NCBI RefSeq assembly: GCF_009914755.1 | Contig: NC_060944.1 | From: the human T2T-CHM13v2.0 reference genome, Homo sapiens | Strand: one strand, 5' to 3' | Length of the DNA: 64,000 nucleotides | Shown: positions 1 to 11,674 of the stretch, one piece after another | Numbering within the stretch: position 1 is the first letter of the stretch | Layout of the letters: each line of letters opens with the position of its first letter | The notes under the pieces: generated by a model | The model's database searches: none | What the model was told of the DNA's origin: nothing | What the model saw: the letters and a program-made list of their open reading frames with translations, nothing else | Translations under genes and position numbers: made by a program

Positions 1-1250
1 TTAAGTAGTCAATAGAAACATACCCAAAGCTGATTCAGATATAGAAATTAGTATTTATGTAGCACTTATAATTGTGTTCAAAGACTTAAAGGAAAAGTTG
101 AATGTAATGAATATACAGATGGAGAATCTTGGTGGAAAAAAAATGAAAATTACAAAAGAACCAAATAGAAATTCTAGAACTGAAAATTACAATACATAAT
201 CAATCACAGACCAATAGAAATTATGCAACCTGAAGGTTAGAAAGAAAAAAATGTTTGGAAAATGTGAAAAGAGCATAAATTACCTATGGCATAATATCAT
301 TTGGGTAATTGGAATTTCAGTAGGTAAGGATAATGAGAATTGGGTAGCAAAATATGTGAAGAAATGATGGCTGAATTTTTTTTCATTAATGGAGAAAAAC
401 ATCAACTTACAGATAAAGGCGTATTAGCAAATCTCAATCAGAATAAATACAATGAAATCACTAGACTCAGACACACTGTGAAAGTATCTAGAGGAAAAAA
501 GATGTGTTGTCTCTGGGGAGCAACCATACAAATAATAGTGTACTTCTCATAAGCAATGGATCAAAAGACAGGCAGATGGCAGCTTCTAGGTGCTAGAAGA
601 AAAAAGGTGTTACTCCATAGCCTATATATTACAAAAATATCCTTATAATATAAGGATGAAATAAAAACATTTACAGAACAATGAAAGCTGAGAAAAGTTG
701 TCACCCACAGACCTCCGCGACAATAAATACTAAAAGAATTCCTTCAGGCTGAAGGGAACTGGTAGCCAGATGGATAAATGAATCTACAGGAAGGAAAAGA
801 AGCACTGGAAATGTCAAGTAAGTGGGTAAAGATAAAAGATTATATTTATTGTTCTTATAGCATCCTTAAAAGATAGCTTAATGTTTAAAAAATATATAAT
901 AACATGATGCTGGGAGACATAGCATATTTACAAGAATATATACTGTAAAAGTATGAATTATGTGAGATAAAAGAAATTCTTCTGTAATGTTTGAACATTT
1001 TATATGAAGTGATACAATGTTCATTGTATGTAAACTATAGGAAATTAAGCTGCATATCGAAATTCCTAGAACAACCACATAAAAATAAAATGATAGTAGA
1101 CAACACTAATTGCCTCAAAAGAAGGTGACTAGGAAAAGAGAAAGAGAAATAAAAAAATACAGAAGCCAATAGTAAAATGAACCAATTAGTGTAATTGGTT
1201 ATGATAGATAAGTATAACATAGTAATATACTTAAAACCATACATACTTAC
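1..1250 (+). mobile_element. Ancient L1 (L1M-type) ORF1-region fragment, degraded
   Basis: A-rich sense strand with L1 ORF1-like phrases (AACCAAATAGAAATTCTAGAACTGAAAATTACAATA; AAAGAATTCCTTCAGGCTGAAGGGAA); no intact ORF. Confidence 0.7.
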
Positions 1251-1465
1251 ATATTTTTATTTATAAATATAAGTTATAAATTCCTATAAACATTATAGCA
1301 CATACCATATAGTTATATATGCATATATACTTATATATAATTATAATCTGTATTATACATAATAGAATGTATAAAACATAAGACCTAGTTTCTCAAAGAG
1401 AGGAATCAACCTGAAGCAAACAGACCCACTGAAATTATGTTAAATGTAGGAACAGGTCAGCTTAA

Positions 1466-1594
1466 TCCATTTGTTCTGGAGGTTTCAAATTTTTTCTGTG
1501 AAAAATCAGACCTTGGAGATGATCTTGAGCAGTAGGATATAAATAACTCCCACAAGCCTAGTGTTCCAATAACGGAACACCAGGCATAAATGGG
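1466..1594 (-). mobile_element. MER85 piggyBac (PGBD3-family) MITE, near full length
   Basis: TTAA target-site duplications at 1462-1465 and 1595-1598; reverse complement begins CCCATTTATGCCTGGTGTTCCGTTATTGGAACACTAGGCTTGTGGGAGTTATTTATATCCTACTGCTCAAG, matching the MER85 consensus as I recall it; the other TIR is degenerate (TCCATTTGTTC). Confidence 0.9.
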
Positions 1595-2447
1595 TTAAAA
1601 CACATCTCACTGGTAATCAGCAGTGAGAATAATAAAGACATTGCATTCATGAAACAAGAACAGGCTGATAAGGAAAAAAAAGCATCCAGAGAACAAGAAA
1701 GAGGATGGGAGAACCTAAAACATCACTGCTGAGGTTATACACATGCATGTGCCCGCAGGCACATGTGTGTGTGGAAAAGCAGAATGCGCAGTGATAGGTA
1801 CTGAGCCACGCAGACACAAACATGAAGCTCTTCTGGAAAGTGGAGCAAAACGAGAGACGCGTTTCCACAGTCAATAGATGAGTGTGTCTGATTCAGAGCA
1901 CAGATCTTGCCCCGTATGTATATCCAGGTAGCTCCTGAGAAAGTCTGTCTTACTCCTTCCTCTCCAGGCCATTTGGCTGACTTTTCTTCTCTACAGGTTT
2001 GCTGAGTGCAAATATCACAGTGCTAACCACCTGACCTTAAGACACGTAACAGCACCGTGGTTTACATGATGAGATAGAGGGAGGCCACCACATGGGGACA
2101 TACAGATGAACTTGGAATACATGGGTTCTTGGTATGATATTATAATACACAGTACAATAATGGTCTCCATATTTTTCAGTTACCCGGGAAGAGGGAGGAG
2201 AGTACAAAGATGTGGAAAGATAATGAGAGGAGAACCGCATCCTGTGAGGGTGGATATTCCCTAATCCCCCCAAGCTGTGACAGATGTTCAGGCTCCTAAG
2301 AAGAGGACGAGGACACCTGGGGAGACAACTGCTGTGGAAAAATCTCCCCACAGAAGGGCTCTTTCCTGGAATGTCCCCTTCAGAGTACCTGAGTAACAGG
2401 AGCATCCAATGCCTAGAAGCACCAACACCTGCACAAGCTCACTGTGG

Positions 2448-4335
2448 GCTTCCAGCCCAAACTCCCCCCACAGCCTTCCAGACAAACTCCCAGACAGCCT
2501 TCCAGACAAACTCCCCCACAGCCTTCCAGACAAACTCCCACACAGCCTTCCAGACAAACTCACCCCATAGCCTTCCAGCCCAAATTCCCCCACAGCCTTC
2601 CAGCCCAAATTCCCCCAACAGCCTTCCAGACAAACTCCCCCCACAGCCTTCCAAGCCCAAATTCCCCCAACAGCCTTCCAGACAAACTCCCCCAACAGCC
2701 TTCCAGCCCAAATTCCCCACAGCCTTCCAGCCCAAATTCCCCCACAGCCTTCCAGCCCAAATTCTCCCAACAGCCTTCCAGACAAACTCTCCCACAGCCT
2801 TCCAACCCAAATTCCCCCCACAGCCTTCCAGCCCAAACACCCCCACAGCCTCCCAGCCCAAACTCCCCCAACAGCCTTCCAGACACTCTCCCACAGCCTT
2901 CCAGCCCAAATTCCCCCCACAGCCTTCCAGACAAACTCCCCCAACAGCCTCCCAAACTCCCACCACAGCCTCCAAACTACCCCCACAGCCTCCCAGACAA
3001 ATTCCCTCCAGAGCCTTCCAGACAAACTCCCCCACAGCCTCCCAGAAAACACTCCCCAACAGCCTTCCAGACAAAACTCCCCCGACAACCTTCCAGCCAA
3101 AACTTCCGCCACAGAATTCCAGCCAAACTCCTCCCACACACAACCTTCCAGACAAACTCCCCCCACAGCCTTCCAGACCAAACTCCCCCTACAGCCTCCC
3201 AGATAAAACTCCCCCACAACCTTCCAGAAAAAACTCCCCCAACAGCCTTCCAGACAAAACTCCCTCCACAGCCTTCCCCCCAACAGCCTTCCAGACAAAA
3301 CTCCCCCCACAGCCTTCCAGACAAAACTCCCCGACAGCCTTTCAGCCCAAACTACCCCCACAGCCTCCCAGACAAACTCTCCCAACAGCCTCCCAGACAG
3401 AATTCCCCCACAACCTTCCAGCCCAAAGTCCCCCGACAGCCTTCCAGCCCAAAGTCCCCCCACAGCCTTCCAGACAAACTCCCCCTACAGAGTCCCAAAT
3501 TCCCTCCGCAGCCTTCCAGACAAACTCCCCACACAGCCTTCCAGACAAACTCCTCCCCGCCGACAGCCTCCCAGAAAAACTCCCCCCACAGCCTCCCAAA
3601 TTCCCTCCACAGCCTTCCAGACACACTCCCCCCACAGCCTTCCAGACAAACTCCCCCCACAGCTTTCCTGACAAACTCCCCCCACAGCCTTCCAAACCAC
3701 CCCCTACAGCCTCCCAGACAAAACTCCCCTCACAGCCTTCCAGACCGAACTCCCCCAACAGCCATCCAGACAAACTCCCCCACAAACTTCCAGACAGCCT
3801 CCCCACACAGCCTTCCAGACAAACTCCCCCCAATAGCCTCCCAAACATAACTGCTCCCACAGCCTTCCAGCAAAAACTCCCCCCACAGCCTTCCAGCCAA
3901 AACTCCCCCACAGCTTTCCAGACCAAACTACCCCCACAGCCTCCCAGACAAAACTCCCCCCACAGCCTTCCAGCCCAAACTCCCCCGACAGCCTCCCAGG
4001 AGAACTGCCCCCCTAGCCTCCCAGATCAAACTCCCCCACAGCCTCCCAGACTCCCCTCAACAACCATCTAGACCAAACTCCCCCTATAGGCTACCAGGCA
4101 AACTCCCCCCACAGCCTTCCAGCCAGAATCCCCCCACAGCCTTCTAGCCCAAACTCCCCCACAGCCTTCTAGTCCAAAGTCCCTTCCCAGCCTGCCAGCT
4201 AAAACTCCCCAACAGCCTTCCAGCCAAAACTCCACCTACAACCTTCCAGACCAAACTGCCCCCACAGCCTTCCAGACAAACTACATCCTCCCAGTCCAAA
4301 GTCCCCTTCCCAGCCTGCCAGCCAAACTCCGCACC
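2448..4335. repeat. C-rich minisatellite/VNTR, ~24-25 bp unit (CAGCCTTCCAGACAAACTCCCCCA and variant CAGCCTTCCAGCCCAAATTCCCCCA), roughly 75 copies
   Basis: Directly visible tandem array with variable C-run lengths; copy number estimated as length divided by unit. Confidence 0.97.
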
Positions 4336-4494
4336 CTTTCTTCTTTCATTTTTTTAATAAATTGGGAACGGAGTAAATCCACAGGCCTTCAAAAAAATTG
4401 TTTAACTTTGCTTTTCCAACTCACTGTGAAAGAGCCTTAGGAAAAAACTGTTTAATGGAAAGGAAATGATTAACAACCTTAATTTGTGTTTCGG

Positions 4495-6270
4495 AAATTG
4501 TAACTCCAAATATTTATCTACTTAAAAACTCCAGTAGAATTAACCAACCAAGTACTAGAACTAATAAGGGAATGGAACAGGGCACTTGATAACAACTCAG
4601 TCTGTAAGAATCGGTCGTTCTTCTATTCACCAGCAATGATCAGGAAAAAGGAAATCTCAGTAAAAAGAGTAACAATGTGATGAAATGAATACCCAGGAAC
4701 AAAGAAATTAGGAAACGCACAGCCTGAAGGTTTAGATATCCATACCCACACAGAGCTGTTACACAAACGCCTTTACAGAACGCCCTAGAACAAAGGAAGA
4801 GATGCAGAATGTGTCTTGTTCCCAAAAGGGAGGCCCTGTTATTAGAAAAATGTAAATGCTCATGAATTGCTTCATACATGTAAATAACCTGTATCATAAT
4901 CCTGTGATAATTTGTGATAAACTTCAGCAAGGTATCTATAAAGTTAATATGGGAGATAAAATGTAAAATCATAGCAAGGAGTTTTTTTAAAAATAGTAAT
5001 ACTAATGAGATACTTGCTCTACCAGATATGAAAGCAAACTATGAAGATACAGTAATTAAATCTGTATGGTATCAATATAGAGTGAAGCAGCCTCCTGGGA
5101 GAGAACAGACAGTTCAGGAACAGATTCACATGTAAGGACACATGATATTTGGAAACAGTGAGGGAAAGATGCATTATTCAACATGTTTATTCAGAAAATC
5201 CCACGCCATTTTGTGGTAGGCACCTTAGTAGACTCCAAATATGTGCACACTCAATCCCTATAATATATTCCTTTAAATGGCAAAAGGTACTTTGCAGGTG
5301 CAATTAAGGTTATGAACCTTCGGATAGTGAGATTATTTCAGATGACCAGGTGGGCCCAAACTAATCACAGGAGTCCTTAAAAGCAGAGAGGCTTTCCTGG
5401 CCATAGTCAGTGATAGGGACTTTGAGGAAGGGTCAGGGGAAGATGTGTTGTTGGCATTGAGGGTGGACAGCGAGACAGGGAACGCAGGAGGCCTCCAGAA
5501 ATCAGGAAACACAAAAAAACAGACCCTTGCCTCACAGCCTCCAATGCCTCAAGCTTAGTCCAGTGAGACCTTGTTGGACTTGTGATCCACAGAACTGTGA
5601 TAGAATAGCTTTGCATTGATTTAAGCTACAAAGTTTTTGGTAATTGGTGACAGCAGCAATAGGAAAGTGATACAACTCTGAAGAAAAAAAAGTAGGATTT
5701 TACCTTGTATTATGTATTTTTAAATTTCAGATTAGTCAGCCAAATACAACGAAACACTGGGTTAGATAGTAACACACACACACACACACACACCACTTGT
5801 AAGAGGTGTAGAGGAGACAGAAGAAGCTTGAGTAGAATAGATATATACATTTAAAGTGCAGAAAGCCATCTAGGCAACACATACAACCCAGAAACAATGA
5901 AAAAAAGATGAATAAATGTGACCTCCAAAATATCAACATTTTCTGAAGAACAATAAAAGCATAAACAAAATTAAAAATAAAAACAGACTGAGGAAGAATA
6001 TTTTGAACATATGTAATGGACACAATGATACTATTGTTACCATATAAAACAGGTACTAAAACAAGAAAGAAAAATAACAATAACTGGAGAGAAAAAAGTT
6101 ATACAGCATAAGGCAGGAAATTTCCAGAATAAGCAATTCAAATGGCTGGGAAACACGTGGAAAAAAAAAAGGAATCTGGGCAATGGCAGTGAAGCTAATA
6201 TGAGGCTTCTCTCATCAGACAGGCAAACCTTTCAAATATTGACAACAGTCATTGACTGAACGTAACATAC
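4495..6270 (+). mobile_element. Ancient L1 (L1ME-like) ORF2/3' fragments, interrupted by an MLT1 LTR
   Basis: L1 ORF2-like remnant translation (LALPDMKANYEDTVIKSVWY; compare L1 [20 protein letters not shown]); A-rich. Confidence 0.7.
5212..5674 (+). mobile_element. MaLR solo LTR (MLT1D/E-like)
   Basis: TGTGGTAGGC start; core ATGGCAAAAGGTACTTTGCAGGTGCAATTAAGGT...CAGGTGGGCCC; end TTTAAGC...ACAGCAGCAATAGGAAAGTGATACA. Confidence 0.8.
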
Positions 6271-6753
6271 AGATTTTTCTTTTTTCATACATGGTGTGTA
6301 AATTTATGAAAAGCAAATAAAATAAAGCAAAACCTTCTTGTATGTAACTTACACCACGGTCATCTTAACCCTAACTTTTTTTTCTTTTTGTTTTATTACA
6401 CAAGATAAACATGTACACACACATATATATCAAAACAACTGAGCTGAGGGCTGGAGAAACTAAAACCCCAGAGACAAGAAGTCAGGTGTCCCTTGCCTCA
6501 TTCTGCTATTTCTGGAAAGCAGTGCCAAACTGCCCACAGTTACAGACTCAAGACCATCTAAGAGGGGAGATCTTCACATTCTCGCCAAAGCCTTCCTGCC
6601 TTGGCCTCCATCACTGGTGTATCCTCCTTGCTGCTGGTGTTAACACTCTGCTTTTGCCCTTTTTCTTTCCTTGAGGAGATCTGAAGGGACTTTAAGGGTG
6701 GGAGAAAATAATGCCTAAAGTTTATTAATTTGAGGCGTTGCTTATGATATTCT

Positions 6754-7056
6754 TTTTTTTTTTTTTTTTTTGAGATGGAGTCTCTCTCTGTTGCCCAGGC
6801 TGGAGTGCAGTGGTGTGAACTCGGCTCACTGTAAGCTCTGCCTCCAGGGTTCACACCATTCTCTTGCCTCAGCCTCCCGAGTAGCTGGGACTGCAGGCAC
6901 CCACCACCAAGCCCGGCTAATTTTTTGTATTTTTTTTTAGTAGAGATGGGGTTTCACCGTGTTAGCCAGGGTGGTCTCGATCTCCTGACCTCGTGATCTG
7001 CCGGTCTCGCCCTCCCAAAGTGCTCAGATTACAGGCGTGAGCCACCGCGCCCGGCC
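6754..7056 (-). mobile_element. AluY, full length
   Basis: Poly-T tail plus complete dimer; AluY-type AAGCTCTGCCTCC...TTCACACCATTCTC; TSD GCTTATGATATTCT at 6740-6753 and 7057-7070. Confidence 0.93.
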
Positions 7057-7337
7057 GCTTATGATATTCTTTTTCCAGGAGTACAGAGTCTTAGTTCTAT
7101 AAAAGTACTCAGGTAAACGTTGGAGCTGAGCCTGGCTTCTACCATCTACACCCTCAATAAAGAGAAACATTCTCTCAAGCAGTATAAATGGGGCTGACAT
7201 TTTGGAGGGTGCTTGGGCCCTAGGTACTCCACAAGGAAAGAAAGATATATGCACAAGAATGTTATTGTAGCTTGGTTTATAACAAAAACTCAGAAATTGG
7301 AAATGACTAAATGATCACTGACATGGTGCTGGCTGAA

Positions 7338-7373
7338 TACATTATTACTCAGCCCATCTCATTAGATGTGAAT

Positions 7374-7408
<35 letters not shown>

Positions 7409-7560
7409 ATGCTTCCTGTGGGCACCATGCATTATTACTCAGCCAATCCCATTAGATATTATGGTGTGTGTGTGTGTGTGTGTGCATGTGTGCGCGTGTG
7501 CACGCTTCCTGTGGGCATGATGCATTATTACTTTCAGCCCATCCCATTAGATACTATGCA

Positions 7561-7599
<39 letters not shown>

Positions 7600-7709
7600 A
7601 TGCTTCCTGTGGGCACCATGAATTACTACCCAGCCCATCCCATTAGATACTGTGGCGTGTATGTGTGTGTGCACATGTGCACGTGCATGCTATCTTTAGG
7701 CACCATGCA
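7338..7709. repeat. Four tandem copies of a ~90-98 bp unit, each with an embedded (GT)n tract
   Basis: CATTATTACTCAGCCCATCCCATTAGAT-(GT)n-GCATGCTTCCTGTGGGCACCATG recurs at ~7339, 7429, 7522 and 7620. Confidence 0.92.
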
Positions 7710-8044
7710 GGGGCCAATGGAGACTGCCTCCACCATGCCTTGAACCACACTCAGGTGCAAAATTGCAGGTGCTTATAGCAGATGCCAGGTGTGTAGTTCC
7801 CTACACCCACTTACAAGTATTCCTTCCTTCGTAACACAAAATAACTCCTCAAACCAAGCAATTGTTTTAGCAGGTATGTGGGAGGAAGAAAAGCATCAAA
7901 GTCCACCTTAAAATAAATTATGAAGCATGATAGTTTTTAGGTTTCTGCCCTAAATATTTTATTGGTCGTATTTTATCACTTCTGGGGTTGAGGAGGGAGT
8001 GCACGGATTCTCCAAAATGAGCACAAAATGTGCTGTATGTATAG

Positions 8045-8200
8045 CTTTGGGTTTGAACTGCAGCTCTGGAGTTTGCTAAGCATATAGCCTTGGACAATTT
8101 GTTTAACTCCTTGAACCTTGGCTATCTATTTCATGGAGTTGCTGGGAGGACTAAGAGAAATATATGTAAAACTTTCAATGATGCCTAACCCTTGACAAAG
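8045..8200 (+). mobile_element. MIR fragment
   Basis: GGGTTTGAACTGCAGCTCTG...CCTTGGACAATTTGTTTAAC...GGAGTTGCTGGGAGGACTAA resembles the MIR core. Confidence 0.55.
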
Positions 8201-8231
8201 GTCTGTTGTCTTCTCTTTCCTAGAATCTATC

Positions 8232-8455
8232 TCTGGAATTAGCAAACTACTGCCTGAGGGTTAAATTCAGCACACCACCTGTTTTTGTAAATAAAATGTC
8301 ATTGGAACACAGCCAGACTAACTTGTTTATGTATTGTCTGTGGCTGTTTTTCTCCTCAATAGCGGCAGAGCTGAATATTTGTAACAAAGACCGTCCAGCC
8401 CACAAAAGCCTGAAATCTTTTCTCTCTGGTCCTTTACAGAAAAAAATCCTGGACT
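8232..8455 (+). mobile_element. MER58A hAT-Charlie DNA transposon remnant
   Basis: GCAAACTAC...CCACCTGTTTTTGTAAATAAAATGTCATTGGAACACAGCC...CTGGTCCTTTACAGAAAAA. Confidence 0.8.
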
Positions 8456-8764
8456 ATGTAGTGGGTTACCACCTCTACTGCCTACTCTCCTGTGAGAGTT
8501 GCAAAATGATTAGACATATAAGGAAGGACTATTGTTACTAATTACACATATTCATTTGTGAAGAAGGGCCTTCTTTATACTTCTGTTACTAGTTATACTT
8601 TTAACTTCATTTAAATCTTTTTCCATAAGAGCTTATCCATATGTGATAATAAGCTGAATTTCCATATGTTTTATATTTCATGCATCTTTTATTAGAAGAA
8701 AGACCCAGATTCTTTTAACATAGTCTTAAAAGGGAAGTTTTAGTTAAGGCATATCCTATCAAAT

Positions 8765-9195
8765 GGGATATGTTGGCTGCAAGGAATAGAATTCATAACT
8801 AAACGTGGTTCACACGGCACCCTTATGATTCACCTCACTTCATAAGACATCAGGCAGCTCGGTTGTCTGAAGGTTATATGGTGTCACCAATGATCCTAGT
8901 TCTTTTCATCCTTCTGCTAAGCCATCCTCGGGTCTGGGATGTTATTCTAATACCTTTTTGTCTCCTGGTCAGCTCCAGACAGCTATGTCCAGGGACAGGA
9001 CTTGGATTGGAGGTGTTGGGAGGGGACTGGCAGCAAGAAAAATAAATGCTCCTCATCCTGGCCTCTCTCCATTTACTGGGGAGGATTATTTTTTCCCCAG
9101 AAATTCTGCAGCTGACTTTCACATTACCCTTTATTGGCCCAAACTGACTCATGGCGATGCCTCTGAGCTGCCATAGATGCTGGGAAATGAGTCTA
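8765..9195 (-). mobile_element. Old MaLR LTR (MLT1J/K-like)
   Basis: TTGGCTGCAAGGAATAGAA...TTCATCCTTCTGCTAAGCCATCCTC...ATTGGCCCAAACTGACTCATGGC...TGGGAAATGAGT. Confidence 0.5.
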
Positions 9196-11674
9196 GGTTG
9201 TTTGTTTGCTTGCTTGCTTGCTTGTTTTCAGTCTCATGGCAGATAAGAAAGCTGAGACGGGGTTTGGGAGGCCAACCAGTGCTCTCCACCAGATTGACCA
9301 ACCTGGGTCTAGACGTCACCACCCAGGTGGAAACAGGGCCCCAGATAAGGAACCTGGGAATCCTCCTTCTAAGTTGGGTCTTTGATGTCTGCCTCTGTGG
9401 TGTCATTGACATGGAAACTCCGTTCAAAGAGTGTTTTCAAGGTGGTTTTCCAGTTGCTGAGGTGTGGATAAATGCAGTGATCATAGGAGGTGGCCAATTA
9501 CATCCTTGCAGGTGGAGCCCAGGCAGCCTCTTCAGTGTGTTTTGTGTCATCTCTGTCCATTTCCCTGAAAGGACAGGGCTCCTTGCCAGATGATGGGGTC
9601 CCAAGCTGAGGCTCTCACCCAACATGGATGCATTGGCCTCTGTCCCATCCTCACCCAAGCCTCACTTATTCCTTTTCATCCAACTTCTTCTAATGATTGT
9701 AGTAAAAATAAGGATCCCCTTCCCTCTGAACGTTTGTTACTTTTTTATGTGAGACTTTTATTGCTTTTGGCCAAAGTCCTGCTGCAAGATTTATAAAGCA
9801 ACTGCTGATTATGTGGGTTATGTATAATCTCTAGAGCTAGAGGGAAATTCAGAGCCTGGAAGTGGCTCTTATTGCAGAGGTGAGCTCATTTCATAAGAAG
9901 AGACCATGAGGTCACGAGACAAGCACTTCACCATGGAAGCCTTGTAGAATCATCTCGCACTCCTCCAGTCCTGCCGTTTGAAGTAGTCATTGTTAGACTG
10001 AGAGTAACATGTTTTCCAGCAACGAAGAAATGTCTATGACATATCCAGACATCAAGAACTAAGGCAAAACAAGCACAGGCGATTGTGGGATGTAGCCATT
10101 CCCCAGTATAAGTTTAAGAGTGTGAGCAGCCTGATGTAACATGAGAGAGATCTGACTTCTGCTCAGATAAGGAAAGCAACAACAAAAATGACAACAGGCA
10201 AACAAAGTAAGAAAATAGATTTAGCCACCGGTGTTTCACTATCCAAAACAACCAGTTACATGCTGATCCACTTTCAATCTTCCTGTTACCTTCCTAACCA
10301 TCTGTTTTTTTCCAGGCATCATTTGCATTTATATTGCATATGTCTTTTGTACTCCTTTTCATTCAACATTTGAACCAAAGGATTTTTCCATCATATATGA
10401 GGAGTTTTGACTTAAATTGCTACAGAGGTCATTTGGTGTTGCACATCGTGAGGTGCCAATTCCCAAATCTCTTCTCTATTTGGAATTGAAGCCACTGATT
10501 TGGCATAGTCTCAGAGGAGAGTCAGTCCTTGGCATGAATGCACAACTCTCAGTCCGTCAACTGAGGCTTTTAACATTCTGATACAGGATGTACTCACCAT
10601 CACCACACCTTGAAAACCAACCATCCAAGATTATTCAGTTGGCCATTTTTCCTTTTTGTTTTTTATTTTCAAAACCACTCTTTACTTTGAATACATAATA
10701 ATGATATTTTGATAAAACAATACCAGCAGAATATATCAACAAGAGACTCTTTACCAATCCCAAGTTAGACGGGAGCAAGCAGGACAGAACTTATAAATAA
10801 GTATTGCCTACATGCAGGAAGAAAATGCTGTTTGGGAGCCAGTTAGTGGACAGAAAGATTCTGAGCCACACACATTTGGGATGAAATCACCATAAGAACA
10901 GAGAGCCCTGATTTACCCCCATGATCCAACAGAAACAACTTCTGTCAGACAGCAGAAAGCCTCTGGTGCTCCTTGGGCAATGGTATCACAAGAGAACTGC
11001 TGAGGCAAAAATGCTGTCTCTATCTGTCCTTACTATCATCAAGAATGTGAGCTACACTCAGTTCTCACTGAAAACACCTATACTTCAAAAAATAGTCTGT
11101 ACCATTTTCTGAGAAGTTATCTTATGCCAGAGCTATGTTCAAACCTTCACCCACATCCCTCTGTGTTTTATAGAGAAGGTGGCTAGAAGGACAGAGGTGA
11201 AGCAGCTGACCACCAGCTTCTGATTTTACTCCTTCTCTAGTTACTCCCAAAACCCACATTTTTTCCCCAAACCTACAAAGTGTGTCTTTAAAAAGCAGTA
11301 CAGTAATGTCTTCTAAGGTGTCACAATTTTTTTATTAGATAACAATGTGTTTAGTAATAGTCCATCATTATTCTTAATAATATGTTTAGTAATAGTCATC
11401 ATTATTCTGTAAGCCAACTTACTTGGAATAGCTACTCCCTGTCCTCTCTGAACCACAGCCATTGCTACAAGATGGGAGAAGTCTGGGAGACAGGATGTGA
11501 TACATATGTGTGTGCATGTGGCTAGAATGGGCAGCTGCCATGCATGAGTTTATTTGTTCATTCATTCAACAAACAGTAAGTGGGCATCTTCTGCATACCT
11601 GGCACTGTCCTCCGAAGATCAGTGAAGGCTGATGTCTGTGTGGTTCATAATTGGCAGTACCTTATCAAGGGCAG

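Noticed and set aside
2288-3937. Multiple long overlapping ORFs on both strands (391, 468, 238, 194 aa etc.)
   Set aside because: The repeat unit has no stop codon in any frame; these are translations of the minisatellite and are not called as CDS
2448-4335. Resemblance to a CRISPR array or a mucin/extensin-like gene
   Set aside because: No unique spacers, eukaryotic context, no cas genes; unit length is not held at a multiple of 3 and there is no signal peptide
11343-11408. Two-copy ~35-bp tandem duplication (TGTTTAGTAATAGTC(C)ATCATTATTCT)
   Set aside because: Ordinary slippage duplication with no functional cue
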